From assembly GCA_002633005.1 (NCBI GenBank), contig NMRA01000842.1:59928-123927 (forward strand): 64,000 bases of DNA. The letters are read 5' to 3'. Below, piece by piece: positions 63,064 through 64,000 of the stretch. Numbering within the stretch: the stretch's first letter is position 1; each line of letters begins with the position of its first letter. A program made the position numbers and the translations under genes. The DNA is from Phoronis australis (taxonomy: Eukaryota; Animalia; Phoronida). Under the pieces are notes generated by a model that did no database searches, was not told where the DNA came from, and saw only the letters and a program-made list of their open reading frames with translations.

Positions 63064-63368
63064 AGGGACATTAGAAGTTTTACGACGGAAAATCGAATTT
63101 TTGAAACTGTTGTTGAGTGGTGGTAGACTTCCTGAAGTTATCAGGTTTGATCTTAGCTCATAATGAATAAATCCTTGTTTTGTGATTCCATTACAAAAAG
63201 CCAACTCTCGCTGTTGACTGGCAGACATTTGCTGTAGTCATGGGCGGTGTCTTCGCCCGTTAAATACGTTTAAAATATCCTGCCATTTATGGAGTTGTAA
63301 TTTTTAGCTCCGCCCACAGAGCGTTAGACTGACAGGTTCCGTGTTCGATTCTAGGCGTTAATGTCCCT
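63064..63368. mobile_element. Kolobok-like MITE (~305 bp)
   Basis: TTAA|AGGGACATTA...TAATGTCCCT|TCAG; 10-bp TIR, right TSD degenerate. Confidence 0.5.
63305..63356 (+). pseudogene. tRNA-Phe-derived fragment
   Basis: TAGCTC-N7-AGAGCGTTAGACTGA matches metazoan tRNA-Phe(GAA) with the correct spacing; B-box GTTCGATTC retained; anticodon 3' arm deleted, no acceptor stem. Confidence 0.6.
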
Positions 63369-64000
63369 TCAGTATTTATTGTTTCCCTTACCCTTGTGTT
63401 ATCGGGGTGTCGTATAGTTATCATTAGGTTTAAGGTATAAGTGGTTTTAGTTATATTTTTATATCAATCTTACCATGTCCACCACTTTATACTAACTCTT
63501 GATTCACTAATCATTTCTGTTAGCAATTTTGGTCCAGGTGAAACCTACATTAGCATCGTTAAGCGCGGCAATGCACGACTAATGAGGACATTCATCTCCT
63601 GTTTTCCAACTAGCCTGCATATTTATATTGTCTGCAGTTTGTAGCCGCACATTTCCTTTGTAGTATCTGCTTATAAATATTGTAGATGTTATTCTTGTTG
63701 TATATAATAAATAGTTAACTTATGAGGAACTAGTTGTTTTCAGACATATTTTTTGAAGTACGTGATCTTGCAACACATGTTAACAACACTGACCACGCTT
63801 TTGATATCGTGTTTTTAAACAAAACTTCAAGGCTTTCGTCTACTCTCGTTTTTTGGAGAAAGTATACTTCTGTGTAACTTTTCAGTTGAAAAATGCGCTG
63901 ACTTTTACTGCGTAACTTAAACCACATGCTATGAACAGTCCCACTAAATAAGATTGGTCCTAACCCCGGTCGTCAAGGTAAACGGTGGGGTATGGAAAAT

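Overview
Eukaryotic, AT-rich animal genomic DNA, probably a marine invertebrate of lophotrochozoan type (inference from the repeat and GPCR style). Three protein-coding genes are supported. (1) A minus-strand HSD17B7-like 3-keto-steroid reductase: coding exons 1-4 reconstructed at 24652-24609, 19336-19133, 17198-17106 and 9380-9260, with the rest presumably left of the window. (2) A single-exon class A GPCR (5081-6223, +) apparently nested antisense in HSD17B7 intron 4. (3) A pro-survival Bcl-2/Bcl-xL/Bcl-w-like gene (+; 30606-31049 joined to 58648-58788, 194 aa), split by a 27.6-kb intron at the conserved GGW|D position and head-to-head with HSD17B7. The introns hold nested transposons whose ends and target-site duplications (TSDs) can be read directly. 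These are a decayed CsRn1-clade Gypsy element (4-bp TSD, RNase H deleted) inside a 5-bp-TSD hAT-like element; a 9-bp-TSD Mutator-like family including a 44-bp copy in the HSD17B7 promoter; a CA(C/T)GGGTG-ended 5-bp-TSD family with long TIRs; a THAP-bearing TIR element; Helentron-like and Penelope-like remnants; and many young minisatellites. There is no CRISPR array or intact RNA gene. One assembly gap lies at 53942-54448.
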